A stretch of 64,000 nucleotides of DNA from the human T2T-CHM13v2.0 reference genome, Homo sapiens (GCF_009914755.1 NC_060937.1); one strand, 5' to 3'. Positions 12,291-30,200 are shown, counted from the stretch's first letter. Program-made: numbers and translations. Notes: generated from the letters alone by a model not told the origin.

Positions 12291-15200
12291 AATATAAATT
12301 ATATACTGTACATAAAATACCAAAGTACCCCAAATATATAGTATATGCTGTACATGCAATATCAAAGTTCACAAACTATATATTATATATTGTACATAAA
12401 ATATCAAAGTACCCAAGGTATATATTCTATACTGTACAAAAAATATCAAAGTACCCAAAACATGTATTATATACTGTACATAAAATATGAAAGTACATCA
12501 AATATATATTTTATTCTGTACATAAAATATCAAAGTACACCAAATATATATTCTATAGTGTACATAAAATATCAAAGTACCCAAACTATACATTATAAAC
12601 TGTACATAAAATATGAAATTACATCAAATATATATTATATTAGGTACATAAAATATGAAAGTACATCAAATATAAATTATATACTGTACATAAAATACCA
12701 AAGTACCCCAAATATATATTATATACTGTACATGAAATATCAAAGTTCACAAACTATATATTATATACTGTACATAAAATATCAAAGTACCCAAGGTATA
12801 TATTCTATACTGTACAAAAAATATCAAAGTACTCAAAGCAAGTATTATATACTGTACATAAAATATGAAGGTACATCAAATATATATTTTATTCTGTACA
12901 TAAAATATCAAAGTACACTAAATATATATTCTATAGTGTACATAAAATATCAAAATACCCAAACTATACATTATATACTGTACATAAAATATGAAATTAC
13001 ATCAAATATATATTATATTAGGTACATAAAATATGAAAGTACATCAAATATAAATTATATACTGTACATAAAATACCAAAGTACCCCAAATACATATAAT
13101 ATACTGTACATGAAATATCAAAGTTCACAAACTATATATAATATACTGTACATAAAATATCAAAGTACCCAAGGTATATATTCTATACGGTATAAAAAAT
13201 ATCAAAGTACCCAAAGCAAGTATTATATACTGTACATAAAATATGAAAGTACATCAAATATATATTTTATTCTGTACATAAAATATCAAAGTACACCAAA
13301 TATATATTCTATACTGCACATAAAATATCAAAGTACCCAAACTATACATTATATACTGTACATAAAATATGAAATTACATCAAATATATATTATATTAGG
13401 TACATAAAATATGAAAGTACATCAAATATAAATTATATACTGTACATAAAATACCAAAGTACCCTAAATATATAGTATATGCTGTACATGCAATATCAAA
13501 GTTCACAAACTATATATTATATATTGTACATAAAATATCAAAGTACCCAAGGTATATATTCTATACTGTACAAAAAATATCAATGTACCCAAAGCATGTA
13601 TTATATACTGTATATAAAATATGAAAGTACATGAAATATATATTTTATTCTGTACATAAAATATCAAAGTACACCAAATATATATTCTATAGTGTACATA
13701 AAATATCAAAGTACCCAAACTATACATTATATACTGTACATAAAATATGAAATTACATCAAATATATATTATATTAGGTACCTAAAATATGAAAGTACAT
13801 CAAATATAAATTATATACTGTACATAAAATACCAAAGTACCCCAAATATATATTATATACTGTACATGAAATATCAAAGTTCACAAACTATATATTATAT
13901 ACTGTACATAAAATATCAAAGTACCCAAGGTATATATTCCAAACTCTACAAAAAATATCAAAGTACCCAAAGCATGTATTATATACTGTACATAAAATAT
14001 GAAAGTACATCACATATATATTTTATTCTGTACATAAAATATCAAAGTACACCAAATATATATTCTATAGTGTACATAAAATATCAAAGTACCCAAACTA
14101 TACAGTATATACTGTACATAAAATATGAAATTACATCAAATATATATTATATTAGGTACATAAAATATGAAAGTACATCAAATATAAATTATATACTGTT
14201 CATAAAATACCAAAGTACCCCAAATATATATTATATACTGTACATGCAATATCAAAGTTCACAAACTATATATTATATACTGTACATAAAATATCAAAGT
14301 ACCGAAGTTATATATTCTATACTGTACAAAAAATATCAAAGTACCCAAAGCATGTATTATATACTGTTCATAAAATATGAAAGTACATCAAATATATATT
14401 TTATTCTGTACATAAAATATCAAAGTACACCAAATATATATTCTATAGTATACATAAAATATCAAAGTACTCAAACTATACATTATATACTGTACATAAA
14501 ATATGAAATTACATCAAATATATATTATATTAGGTACATAAAATATGAAAGTACCTCAAATATATATTATATACTGTACATAAAATACCAAAGTACCCCA
14601 AATACATATTATATACTGTACATGAAATATCAAAGTTCACAAACTATATATTATATACTGTACATAAAATATCAAAGTACCGAAGTTATATATTCTATAC
14701 TGTACAAAAAATATCAAAGTACCCAAAGCATGTATTATATACTGTACATTAAATATGAAAGTACATCAAATATATATTTTATTCTGTACATAAAATATCA
14801 AAGTACACCAAATATATATTCTATAGTGTACATAAAATATCAAATTACCCAAACTATACATTATATACTGTACATAAAATATGAAATTACATCTAATATA
14901 TATTATATTAGGTACATAAAATATGAAAGCACATCAAATATAAATTATATACTGTACATAAAATACCAAAGTACCCCAAATATATATTATATACTGTCCA
15001 TGAAATATCAAATTTCACAAACTATATATTATATACTGTACATAAAATATCAAAGTACCCAAGGTATATATTCTATACTGTACAAAAAATATCAAAGTAC
15101 CCAAAGTATGTATTATATACTGTACATAAAATATGAAAGTACATGAAATATATATTTTATTCTGTACATAAAATATCAAATTACACCAAATATATATTTT

Positions 15201-16049
15201 ATAGTGTACATAAAATATCAAAGTACCCAAACTATACATTATATACTGTACATAAAATATGAAATTACATCAAATATATATTATATTAGGTATATAAAAT
15301 ATGAAAGTACATGAAATATATATTATATACTGTACATAAAATACCAAAGTACCCCAAATACATATTATATACTGTACATGAAATATCAAAGTTCACAAAC
15401 TATATATTGTATACTATACATAAAATAACAAAGTACCGAAGGTATATATTCTATACTGTACAAAAAATATCAAAGTACCCAAGCATGTATTATATTCTGT
15501 ACATAAAATATGAAAGTATATGAAATATATATTTTATTCTGTACATAAAATATCAAATTACACAAAATATATATTCTATAGTGTACATAAAATATCAAAG
15601 TACCCAAACTATACATTATATACTGTGCAAAAAATATGAAATTACATCAAATATATATTATATTAGGTACATAAAATATGAAAGTACATCAAATATAGAT
15701 TATATACTGTACATAAAATACGAAAGAACCCCAAATATATATTATATACTGTACTTGAAATATCAAAGTTCACAAACTATATATTATATACTGTACATAA
15801 AATATAAAAGTGCCCAAGGTATATATTCTATACTGTACAAAAAATATCAAAGTACCCAAAACATGTACTATATACTGTACATAAAATATGAAAGTACATC
15901 AAATATATATTTTATTCTGTACATAAAATATCAAAGTACACCAAATATATATTCTATAGTGTACATAAAATATCAAAATACCCAAACTATACATTATATA
16001 CTGTACATAAAATATGAAATTACATCAAATATATATTATATTAGGTACC

Positions 16050-18940
16050 TAAAATATGAAAGTACATCAAATATAAATTATATACAGTACATAAAATATC
16101 AAAGTACCCCAAATATATATTATATACTGTACATGAAATATCAAAGTCCACAAACTATATATTATATACTGTACATAAAATATCAAAGTACCCAAGGTAT
16201 ATATTCTATACTCTACAAAAAATATCAAAGTACCCAAAGCATGTATTATATACGGTACATAAAATATGAAAGTACATCAAATATATATTTAATTCTGTAC
16301 ATAAAATATCAAAGTACACCAAATATATATTCTATAGTGTACATAAAATATCAAAGTACCCAAACTATACATTATATACTGTACATAAAATATGAAATTA
16401 CATCAAATATATATTATATTAGGTACATAAAATATGAAAGTACATCAAATATAGATTATATACTGTACATAAAATACCAAAGAACCCCAAATATATATTA
16501 TATACTGTACATGAAATATCAAAGTTCACAAACTATATATTATATACTGTACATAAAATATCAAAGTACCCAAGGTATATATTCTATACTGTACAAAAAA
16601 TATCAAAGTACCCAAAGCATGTATTATATACTGTTAATAAAATATGAAAGTACATCAAATATATATTTTATTCTGTACATAAAATATCAAAGTACACCAA
16701 ATATATATTCTATAGTGTACATAAAATATCAAATTACCGAAACTATGCATTATATACTGTACATAAACTATGAAATTACATCAAATATATATTATATTAG
16801 GTACATAAAATATGAAAGTACATCAAATATAGATTGTATACTGTGCATAGAATACCAAAGTACCCCAAATACATATTGCATACTGTACATGAAATATCAA
16901 AGTTCACAAACTATATTTTATATACTGTACATAAAATATCAAAGTACCCAAGGTATATATTCTATACTGTACAAAAAATATCAAAGTACCCAAAGCAAGT
17001 ATTATATACTGTACATAAAATATGAAAGTACATCAAATGTGTATTTTATTCTGTACATATATCAAAGTACACCAAATATATATTCTATAGTGTACATAAA
17101 ATATCAAAGTACCCAAACTATACATTATATACTGTACATAAAATATGAAATTACATCAAATATATACTATATTATGTACAAAAAATATGAAAGTACATCA
17201 AATATAGATTATATACTGTACATAAAATACCAAAGTACCCCAAATAAATATTTTATACTGTACATGCAATATCAAAGTTCACAAACTATATATTATATAC
17301 TGTACATAAAATATCAAAGTACCGAAGGTATATATTCTATACTGTACAAAAAATATCAAAGTACCCAAAGCATGTATTATATACTGTACATAAAATATGA
17401 AAGTACATCAAATATATATTTTATTCTGTACATAAAATATGAAAGTACACCAAATATATATTCTATAGTGTACATAAAATATCAAAGTACCCAAACCATA
17501 CATTATATACTGTACATAAAATATGAAATTACATCAAATATATATAATATTAGGTACATAAAATATGAAAGTACATCAAATATAGATTATGTAGTGTACA
17601 TAAAATACCAAAGTACCCCAAATATATATTATATACTGTACATGAAATATCAAAGTTCACAAACTATATATTATATACTGTACATAAAATATCAAGGTAC
17701 CCAAGTTATATATTCTATACTCTACAAAAAATATCAAAGTACCCAAAGCATGTATTATATACTGTACATAAAATAAGAAAGTACATCAAATATATATTTA
17801 ATTCTGTACATAAAATATCAAAGTACACCAAATATATATTCTATAGTGTACATAAAATATCAAAGTACCCAAACTATACATTATATACTGTACATAAAAT
17901 ATGAAATTACGTCAAATATATATTATATTATGTACATAAAATATGAAAGTACATCAAATATAGATTATATACTGTACATAAAATACCAAAGAACCGCAAA
18001 AATATATTATATACTGTACATGAAATATCAAAGTTCACAAACTATATATTATATACTATACATAAAATATCAAAGTACCCAAGGTATATATTCTATACTG
18101 TACAAAAAATATCAAAGTACCCAAAGCATGTATTATATACTGTACATAAAATATGAACGTACATCAAATATATATTTTATTCTGTACATAAAATATCAAA
18201 GTACACTAAATATATATTCTATAGTGTACATAAAATATCAAAGTACCCAAACTATACATTATATACTGTACATAAAATATGAAATTAGATCAAATATATA
18301 TTATATTAGGTACATAAAATATGAAAGTACATCAAATATAAATTATATACTGTACATAAAATACCAAAGTACCCCAAATATATATTATATACTGTACATG
18401 CAATATCAAAGTTCACAAACTATATATCATATACTGTATATAAAATATCAAAGTACCGAAGGTACATATTCTATACTGTACAAAAAATATCAAAGTACCC
18501 AAAGCATGTATTATATACTGTACATAAAATATGAAAGTACATCAAATATATATTTTATTCTGTACATTAAATATCAAAGTACACCAAATATATATTCTAT
18601 AGTGTACATAAAATATCAAAGTACCCAAACGATACATTATATACTGTACATAAAATATGAAATTACATCAATTATATATTATATTAGGTACATAAAATAT
18701 GAAAGTACATCAAATATAGATTGTATACTGTGCATAAAATACGAAAGTACCCCAAATACATATTATATACTGTACATGAAATATGAAAGTTCACAAACTA
18801 TATATTATATACTGTACATAAAATATCAAAGTACCCAAGGTATATATTCTATACTGTACAAAAAATATCAAAGTACCCAAAGCAAGTATTATATACTGTA
18901 CATAAAATATGAAAGTACATCAAATATGTATTTTATTCTG
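16050..18940 (+). repeat. ~2.9-kb haplotype block, copy 1 (other copies ~23610-26500 and ~33780-36000)
   Basis: Matching 63-aa ORFs at 16834/24391/33880 and ORF starts at 17846/25403/34892 (offsets 7557 and 9489). All copies share a 3-bp deletion 'gtacatatatcaaag' and the rare variants 'tgcatagaat' and 'caaatgtgta'. Confidence 0.88.
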
Positions 18941-19349
18941 TACATAAAATATCAAAGTACACCAAATATATATTCTATAGTGTACATAAAATATCAAAGT
19001 ACCCAAACTATACATTATATACTGTACATAAAATATGAAATTACATCCAATATATATTATATTAGGTACATAAAATATGAAAGTACATCAAATATAAATT
19101 ATATACTGTACATAAAATACCAAAGTACCCCAAATATATATTATATACAGTACATGAAATATCAAAGTTCACAAACTATATATTATATACTGTACATAAA
19201 ATATCAAAGTACACAAGGTATATATTCCATACTGTACAAAAAATATCAAAGTACCCAAAGCATGTATTATATAGTGTATATAAAATATGAAAGTACATCA
19301 AATATATATTTAATTTTGTACATAAAATATCAAAGTACACCAAATATAT

Positions 19350-22300
19350 ATTCTATACTGTACATAAAATATCAAAGTACCCAAACTATACATTATATAC
19401 TGTACATAAAATATGAAATTACATCAAATATATATTATATTAGGTACATAAAATATGAAAGTACATCAAATATAGATTATATACTGTACATAAAATACCA
19501 AAGAACCCCAAATATATATTATATACTGTACATGAAATATGAAAGTTCCCAAACTATATATTATATACTGTACATAAAATATCAAAGTACCCAAGGTATA
19601 TATTCTATACTGTACAAAAAATATCAAAGTACGCAAAGCATGTATTATATACTGTTAATAAAATATGAAAGTACATCAAATATATATTTTATTCTGTACA
19701 TAAAATATCAAAGTACACCAAATATATATTCTATAGTGTACATAAAATATCAAAATACCCAAACTATACATTATATACTGTACATAAAATATGAAATTAC
19801 ATCAAATATATATTATAATAGGTACATAAAATATGAAAGTACATCAAATATAAATTATATACTGTACATAAAATACCAAAGAACCCCAAATATATATTAT
19901 ATACTGTACATGAAATATCAAAGTTCACAAAGTATATATTATATACTGTATATAAAATATCAAAGTACCCAAGGTATATATTCTATACTGTACAAAAAAT
20001 ATCAAAGTACCCAAAGCATGTATTATATACTGTTCATAAAATATGAAAGTACATCAAATATATAATTTATTCTGTACATAAAATATCAAAGTACACCAAA
20101 TATATATTCTATAGTGTACATTAAATATCAAACTACCCAAACTATACATTATATACTGTACATAAAATATGAAATTACATCAAATATATATTATATTAGG
20201 TACATAAAATATGAAAGTACATCAAATATAGATTATAAACTGTACATAAAATACCAAAGAACCCCAAATATATATTGTATACTGTACATGAAATATCAAA
20301 GTTCACAAACTATATATTATATACTGTACATAAAATATCAAAGTACCCAAGGTATATATTCTATACTGTATAAAAAATATCTAAGTACCCAAGGCATGTA
20401 TTATATACTGTTCATAAAATATGAAAGTACATCAAACATATATTTTATTCTGTACATAAAATATCAAGGTTCACTAAATATATATTCTATAGTGTACATA
20501 AAATATCAAACTACCCAAACTATAAATTATATACTGTACATAAAATATGAAATTACATCAAATATATATTATATTAGGTACATAAAATATGAAAGTACAT
20601 CAAATACATATTATATACTGTACATAAAATACCAAATTACCCCAAATACATATTATATACTGTACATGAAATATCAAAGTTCACAAACTATATATTATAT
20701 ACTGTACATAAAATATCAAAGTACCCAAGGTATATATTCTATACTGTACAAAAAATATCAAAGTACGCAAAGCATGTATTATATAGTGTACATAAAATAT
20801 GAAAGTACATCAAATATATATTTTATTCTGTACATAAAATATCAAAGTACACCAAATATATATTCTATAGTGTACATAAAATATCAAAGTACCCAAACTA
20901 TACATTATATACTGTACATAAAACATGAAATTACATCCAATATATATTATATTAGGTACATAAAATATGAAAGTACATCAAATATAAATTATATACTGTA
21001 CATAAAATACCAAAGTACCCCAAATATATATTATATACAGTACATGAAATATCAAAGTTCACAAACTATATATTATATACTGTACATAAAATATCAAAGT
21101 ACACAAGGTATATATTCCATACTGTACAAAAAATATCAAAGTACCCAAAGCATGTATTATATACTGTTCAAAAAATATGAAATTACATCAAATATATATT
21201 TTATTCTGTACATAAAATACCAAAGTACACCAAATATATATTCTATAGTGTACATAAAATATCAAATTACCCAAACTATACATTATATACTGTACATAAA
21301 ATATGAAATTACATCAAAAATATATTATATTAGGTACATAAAATATGAAAGTACATCAAATATAAATTATATACAGTACATAAAATATCAAAGTACCCCA
21401 AATATATATTATATACTGTACATGAAATATCAAAGTCCACAAACTATATATTATATACTGTACATAAAATATCAAAGTACCCAAGGTATATATTCTATAC
21501 TGTACAAAAAATATCAAAGTACCCAAAGCATGTATTATATACGGTACATAAAATATGAAAGTACATCAAATATATATTTAATTCTGTACATAAAATATCA
21601 AAGTACACCAAATATATATTCTATAGTGTACATAAAATATCAAAGTACCCAAACTATACATTATATACTGTACATAAAATATGAAATTACATCAAATATA
21701 TATTATATTAGGTACATAAAATATGAAAGTACATCAAATATAGATTATATACTGTACATAAAATACCAAAGAACCCCAAATATATATTATATACTGTACA
21801 TGAAATATGAAAGTTCCCAAACTATATATTATATACTGTACATAAAATATCAAAGTACCCAATGTATATATTCTATACTGTACAAAAAATATCAAAGTAC
21901 GCAAAGCATGTATTATATACTGTTAATAAAATATGAAAGTACATCAAATATATATTTTATTCTGTACATAAAATATCAAAGTACACCAAATATATATTCT
22001 ATAGTGTACATAAAATATCAAAATACCCAAACTATACATTATATACTGTACATAAAATATGAAATTACATCAAATATATATTATAATAGGTACATAAAAT
22101 ATGAAAGTACATCAAATATAAATTATATACTGTACATAAAATACCAAAGAACCTCAAATATATATTATATACTGTACATGAAATATCAAAGTTCACAAAG
22201 TATATATTATATACTGTATATAAAATATCAAAGTACCCAAGGTATATATTCTATACTGTACAAAAAATATCAAAGTACCCAAAGCATGTATTATATACTG

Positions 22301-24050
22301 TTCATAAAATATGAAAGTACATCAAATATATAATTTATTCTGTACATAAAATATCAAAGTACACCAAATATATATTCTATAGTGTACATTAAATATCAAA
22401 CTACCCAAACTATACATTATATACTGTACATAAAATATGAAATTACATCAAATATATATTATATTAGGTACATAAAATATGAAAGTACATCAAATATAGA
22501 TTATAAACTGTACATAAAATACCAAAGAACCCCAAATATATATTGTATACTGTACATGAAATATCAAAGTTCACAAACTATATATTATATACTGTACATA
22601 AAATATCAAAGTACCCAAGGTATATATTCTATACTGTATAAAAAATATCTAAGTACCCAAGGCATGTATTATATACTGTTCATAAAATATGAAAGTACAT
22701 CAAACATATATTTTATTCTGTACATAAAATATCAAGGTTCACTAAATATATATTCTATAGTGTACATAAAATATCAAACTACCCAAACTATACATTATAT
22801 ACTGTACATAAAATATGAAATTACATCAAATATATATTATATTAGGTACATAAAATATGAAAGTACATCAAATACATATTATATACTGTACATAAAATAC
22901 CAAATTACCCCAAATACATATTATATACTGTACATGAAATATCAAAGTTCACAAACTATATATTATATACTGTACATAAAATATCAAAGTACCCAAGGTA
23001 TATATTCTATACTGTACAAAAAATATCAAAGTACGCAAAGCATGTATTATATAGTGTACATAAAATATGAAAGTACATCAAATATATATTTTATTCTGTA
23101 CATAAAATATCAAAGTACACCAAATATATATTCTATAGTGTACATAAAATATCAAAGTACCCAAACTATACATTATATACTGTACATAAAACATGAAATT
23201 ACATCCAATATATATTATATTAGGTACATAAAATATGAAAGTACATCAAATATAAATTATATACTGTACATAAAATACCAAAGTACCCCAAATATATATT
23301 ATATACAGTACATGAAATATCAAAGTTCACAAACTATATATTATATACTGTACATAAAATATCAAAGTACACAAGGTATATATTCCATACTGTACAAAAA
23401 ATATCAAAGTACCCAAAGCATGTATTATATACTGTTCAAAAAATATGAAATTACATCAAATATATATTTTATTCTGTACATAAAATACCAAAGTACACCA
23501 AATATATATTCTATAGTGTACATAAAATATCAAATTACCCAAACTATACATTATATACTGTACATAAAATATGAAATTACATCAAAAATATATTATATTA
23601 GGTACATAAAATATGAAAGTACATCAAATATAAATTATATACAGTACATAAAATATCAAAGTACCCCAAATATATATTATATACTGTACATGAAATATCA
23701 AAGTCCACAAACTATATATTATATACTGTACATAAAATATCAAAGTACCCAAGGTATATATTCTATACTCTACAAAAAATATCAAAGTACCCAAAGCATG
23801 TATTATATACGGTACATAAAATATGAAAGTACATCAAATATATATTTAATTCTGTACATAAAATATCAAAGTACACCAAATATATATTCTATAGTGTACA
23901 TAAAATATCAAAGTACCCAAACTATACATTATATACTGTACATAAAATATGAAATTACATCAAATATATATTATATTAGGTACATAAAATATGAAAGTAC
24001 ATCAAATATAGATTATATACTGTACATAAAATACCAAAGAACCCCAAATA
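19350..24050 (+). repeat. 2268-bp (6 x 378) near-identical tandem duplication
   Basis: ORFs 20114 and 22382 begin with near-identical sequence, and both preceding ORFs stop at the same variant (20065/22333). 'gaaagttccc' occurs at 19541/21809 and 'acggtac' at 21541/23809. Confidence 0.9.
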
Positions 24051-24289
24051 TATATTATATACTGTACATGAAATATCAAAGTTCACAAACTATATATTAT
24101 ATACTGTACATAAAATATCAAAGTACCCAAGGTATATATTCTATACTTTACAAAAAATATCAAAGTACCCAAAGCATGTATTATATACTGTTAATAAAAT
24201 ATGAAAGTACATCAAATATATATTTTATTCTGTACATAAAATATCAAAGTACACCAAATATATATTCTATAGTGTACATAAAATATCAA

Positions 24290-27200
24290 ATTACCGAAAC
24301 TATGCATTATATACTGTACATAAACTATGAAATTACATCAAATATATATTATATTAGGTACATAAAATATGAAAGTACATCAAATATAGATTGTATACTG
24401 TGCATAGAATACCAAAGTACCCCAAATACATATTGCATACTGTACATGAAATATCAAAGTTCACAAACTATATTTTATATACTGTACATAAAATATCAAA
24501 GTACCCAAGGTATATATTCTATACTGTACAAAAAATATCAAAGTACCCAAAGCAAGTATTATATACTGTACATAAAATATGAAAGTACATCAAATGTGTA
24601 TTTTATTCTGTACATATATCAAAGTACACCAAATATATATTCTATAGTGTACATAAAATATCAAAGTACCCAAACTATACATTATATACTGTACATAAAA
24701 TATGAAATTACATCAAATATATACTATATTATGTACAAAAAATATGAAAGTACATCAAATATAGATTATATACTGTACATAAAATACCAAAGTACCCCAA
24801 ATAAATATTTTATACTGTACATGCAATATCAAAGTTCACAAACTATATATTATATACTGTACATAAAATATCAAAGTACCGAAGGTATATATTCTATACT
24901 GTACAAAAAATATCAAAGTACCCAAAGCATGTATTATATACTGTACATAAAATATGAAAGTACATCAAATATATATTTTATTCTGTACATAAAATATCAA
25001 AGTACACCAAATATATATTCTATAGTGTACATAAAATATCAAAGTACCCAAACCATACATTATATACTGTACATAAAATATGAAATTACATCAAATATAT
25101 ATAATATTAGGTACATAAAATATGAAAGTACATCAAATATAGATTATGTAGTGTACATAAAATACCAAAGTACCCCAAATATATATTATATACTGTACAT
25201 GAAATATCAAAGTTCACAAACTATATATTATATACTGTACATAAAATATCAAGGTACCCATGTTATATATTCTATACTCTACAAAAAATATCAAAGTACC
25301 CAAAGCATGTATTATATACTGTACATAAAATAAGAAAGTACATCAAATATATATTTAATTCTGTACATAAAATATCAAAGTACACCAAATATATATTCTA
25401 TAGTGTACATAAAATATCAAAGTACCCAAACTATACATTATATACTGTACATAAAATATGAAATTACGTCAAATATATATTATATTATGTACATAAAATA
25501 TGAAAGTACATCAAATATAGATTATATACTGTACATAAAATACCAAAGAACCGCAAAAATATATTATATACTGTACATGAAATATCAAAGTTCACAAACT
25601 ATATATTATATACTGTACATAAAATATCAAAGTACCCAAGGTATATATTCTATACTGTACAAAAAATATCAAAGTACCCAAAGCATGTATTATATACTGT
25701 ACATAAAATATGAATGTACATCAAATATATATTTTATTCTGTACATAAAATATCAAAGTACACTAAATATATATTCTATAGTGTACATAAAATATCAAAG
25801 TACCCAAACTATACATTATATACTGTACATAAAATATGAAATTAGATCAAATATATATTATATTAGGTACATAAAATATGAAAGTACATCAAATATAAAT
25901 TATATACTGTACATAAAATACCAAAGTACCCCAAATATATATTATATACTGTACATGCAATATCAAAGTTCACAAACTATATATCATATACTGTATATAA
26001 AATATCAAAGTACCGAAGGTACATATTCTATACTGTACAAAAAATATCAAAGTACCCAAAGCATGTATTATATACTGTACATAAAATATGAAAGTACATC
26101 AAATATATATTTTATTCTGTACATTAAATATCAAAGTACACCAAATATATATTCTATAGTGTACATAAAATATCAAAGTAACCAAACGATACATTATATA
26201 CTGTACATAAAATATGAAATTACATCAATTATATATTATATTAGGTACATAAAATATGAAAGTACATCAAATATAGATTGTATACTGTGCATAAAATACC
26301 AAAGTACCCCAAATACATATTATATACTGTACATGAAATATGAAAGTTCACAAACTATATATTATATACTGTACATAAAATATCAAAGTACCCAAGGTAT
26401 ATATTCTATACTGTACAAAAAATATCAAAGTACCCAAAGCAAGTATTATATACTGTACATAAAATATGAAAGTACATCAAATATGTATTTTATTCTGTAC
26501 ATATAATATCAAAGTACACCAAATATATATTCTATAGTGTACATAAAATATCAAAGTACCCAAAGTATACATTAGAAACTGTACATAAAATATGAAATTA
26601 CATCAAATATATACTATATTATGTACATAAAATATGAAAGTACATCAAATATAGATTATATACTGTATGTAAAACACTAAAGTACCCAAAATATATATTT
26701 TATACTGTACATGAAATATCAAAGTTCACAAACTATATATTATATACTGTACATAAAATACCAAAGTACCGAAGGTATATATTCTATACTGTACAAAAAA
26801 TATCAAAGTACCCAAAGCATGTATTATATACTGTACATAAAATATGAAAGTACATCAAATATATATTTTATTCTGTACATAAAATATCAAAGTACACCAA
26901 ATATATATTCTATAGTGTACATAAAATATCAAAGTACCCAAACTATACATTATATACTGTACATAAAATATGAAATTACATCAAATATATATTATATTAG
27001 GTACATAAAATATGAAAGTACATCAAATATAAATTATATACTGTACATAAAATACCAAAGTACCCCAAATATATATTATATACTGTACATGAAATATCAA
27101 AGTTCACAAACTATATATTATATACTGTACATAAAATATCAAAGTACCCAAGGTATATATTCTATACTCTACAAAAAATATCAAAGTACCCAAAGCATGT

Positions 27201-30200
27201 ATTATATACTGTACATAAAATATGAAAGTACATCAAATATATATTTAATTCTGTACATAAAATATCAAAGTACACCAAATATATATTCTATAGTGTACAT
27301 AAAATATCAAAGTAGCCAAACTATACATTATATACTGTACATAAAATATGAAATTACATCCAATATATATTATATTATGTACATAAAATATGAAAGTACA
27401 TCAAATATAGATTATATACTGTACATAAAATACCAAAGTACACCAAATATATATTTTATACTGTACATGAAATATCAAAGTTCACAAACTATATATTATA
27501 TACTGTACATAAAATATCAAAGTACCCAAGGTATATATTCTATACTGTGCAAAAAATATCAAAGTACCCAAAGCATGTATTATATACTGTACATAAAATA
27601 TGAAAGTACATCAAATATATATTTTATTCTGTACATAAAATATCAAAGTACACTAAATATATATTCTATAGTGTACATAAAATATCAAAGTACCCAAACT
27701 ATACATTATATACTGTACATAAAATATGAAATTACATCAAATATATATTATATTAGGTACATAAAATATGAAAGTACATCAAATATAGATTATATACTGT
27801 ACATAAAATACCAAAGTACCCCAAATACATATTATATACTGTACATGAAATATCAAAGTTCACAAACTATATATTATATACTGTACATAAAATATCAAAG
27901 TAGCCAAGGTATATATTCTATACTGTACAAAAAATATCAAAGTACCCCAAGCAAGTATTATATACTGTACATAAAATATGAAAGTACATCAAATATATAT
28001 TTTATTCTGTACATAAAGTATCAAAGTACACCAAATATATATCCTATAGTGTACATAAAATATCAAAGTACCCAAACTATACATTATATACTGTACATAA
28101 AATATGAAATTACATCAAATATATATTATATTAGGTACTTAAAATATGAAAGTACATGAAATATAAATTATATACTGTACATAAAGTACCAAAGTACACC
28201 AAATATATATTATATACTGTACATGCTATATCAAAGTTCACAAACTATATATCATATACTGTACACAAAATATCAAAGTACCGAAGGTATATATTCTATA
28301 GTGTACAAAAAATATGAAAGTACGCAAAGCATGTATTATATACTGTACATAAAATAAGAAAGTACATCAAATATATATTTTATTCTGTACATAAAATATC
28401 AAAGTACACCAAATATATATTCTATAGTGTACATAAAATATCAAAGTACCCAAACTATACATTATATACAGTACATAAAATATGAAATTACATCAAATAT
28501 ATATTATAATAGGTACATAAAATATGAAAGTACATCAAATATAAATTATATACTGTACATAAAATACCAAAGAACCCCAAATATATATTATATACTGTAC
28601 ATGAAATATCAAAGTTCACAAACTATATATTATATACTGTATATAAAATATCAAAGTACCCAAGGTATATATTCTATACTGTACAAAAAATATCAAAGTA
28701 CCCAAAGCATGTATTATATACTGTTCATAAAAGATGAAAGTACATCAAATATATATTTAATTCTGTACATAAAATATCAAAGTACACCAAATATATATTC
28801 TATAGTGTACATTAAATATCAAAGTACCCAAACTATACATTATATACTGTACATAAAATATGAAATTACATCAAATATATATTATATTAGGTACATAAAA
28901 TATGAAAGTACATCAAATATAGATTATATACTGTACATAAAATACCAAAGTACCCCAAGTACATATTATATACTGTACATGAAATATCAAAGTTCACAAA
29001 CTATATATTATATACTGTACATAAAATATCAAAGTACCCAAGGTATATATTCTATACTGTACAAAAAATATCAAAGTACCCTAAGCAAGTATTATATACT
29101 GTACATAAAATATGAAAGTACATTAAATATATATTTTATTCTGTACATAAAGTATCAAAGTACACCAAATATATATTCTATAGTGTACATAAAATATCAA
29201 AATACCCAAACTATACATTATATACTGTACATAAAATATGAAATTACATCAAATATATATTATATTAGGTACTTAAAATATGAAAGTACATCAAATATAA
29301 ATTATATACTGTACATAAAATACCAAAATACCCCAAATATATATTATATACTGTACATGCAATATCAAAGTTCACAAACTATATATCATATACTGTACAT
29401 AAAATATCAAAGTACCGAAGGTATATATTCTATAGTGTACAAAAAATATGAAAGTACGCAAAGCATGTATTATATACTGTACATAAAATATGAAAGTACA
29501 TCAAATATATATTTTATTCTGTACATAAAACTTCAAAGTACACCAAATATATATTCTATAGTGTACATAAAATATCAAAGTACCCAAACTATACATTATA
29601 AACTGTAGATAAAATATGAAATTACATCAAATATATACTATATTATGTACATAAAATATGAAAGTACATCAAATATAGATTATATACTGTACATAAAATA
29701 CCAAAGTACCCCAAATATATATTTTATACTGTACATGCAATATCAAAGTTCACAAACTATATATTCTATACTGTACATAAAATATCAAAGTACCCAAGGT
29801 ATATATTCTATACTGTATAAAAAATATCAAAGTACGCAAAGCATGTATTATATACTGTACATAAAACATGAAAGTACATCAAATATATATTTTATTCTGT
29901 ACATAAAATATCAAAGTACACCAAATATATATTCTATAGTGTACATAAAATATCAAAGTACCCAAACTATACATTATATACTGTACATAAAATATGAAAT
30001 TACATCAAATATATATTAAAATAGGTACATAAAATATGAAAGTACATCAAATATAGATTATATACTGTACATAAAATATCAAAGTATCCCAAATATATAT
30101 TATATACTGTACATGAAATATAAAAGTTCACAAACTATATATTATATACTGTACATAAAATATCAAAGTACCCAAGGTATATATTCTATACTGTACAAAA

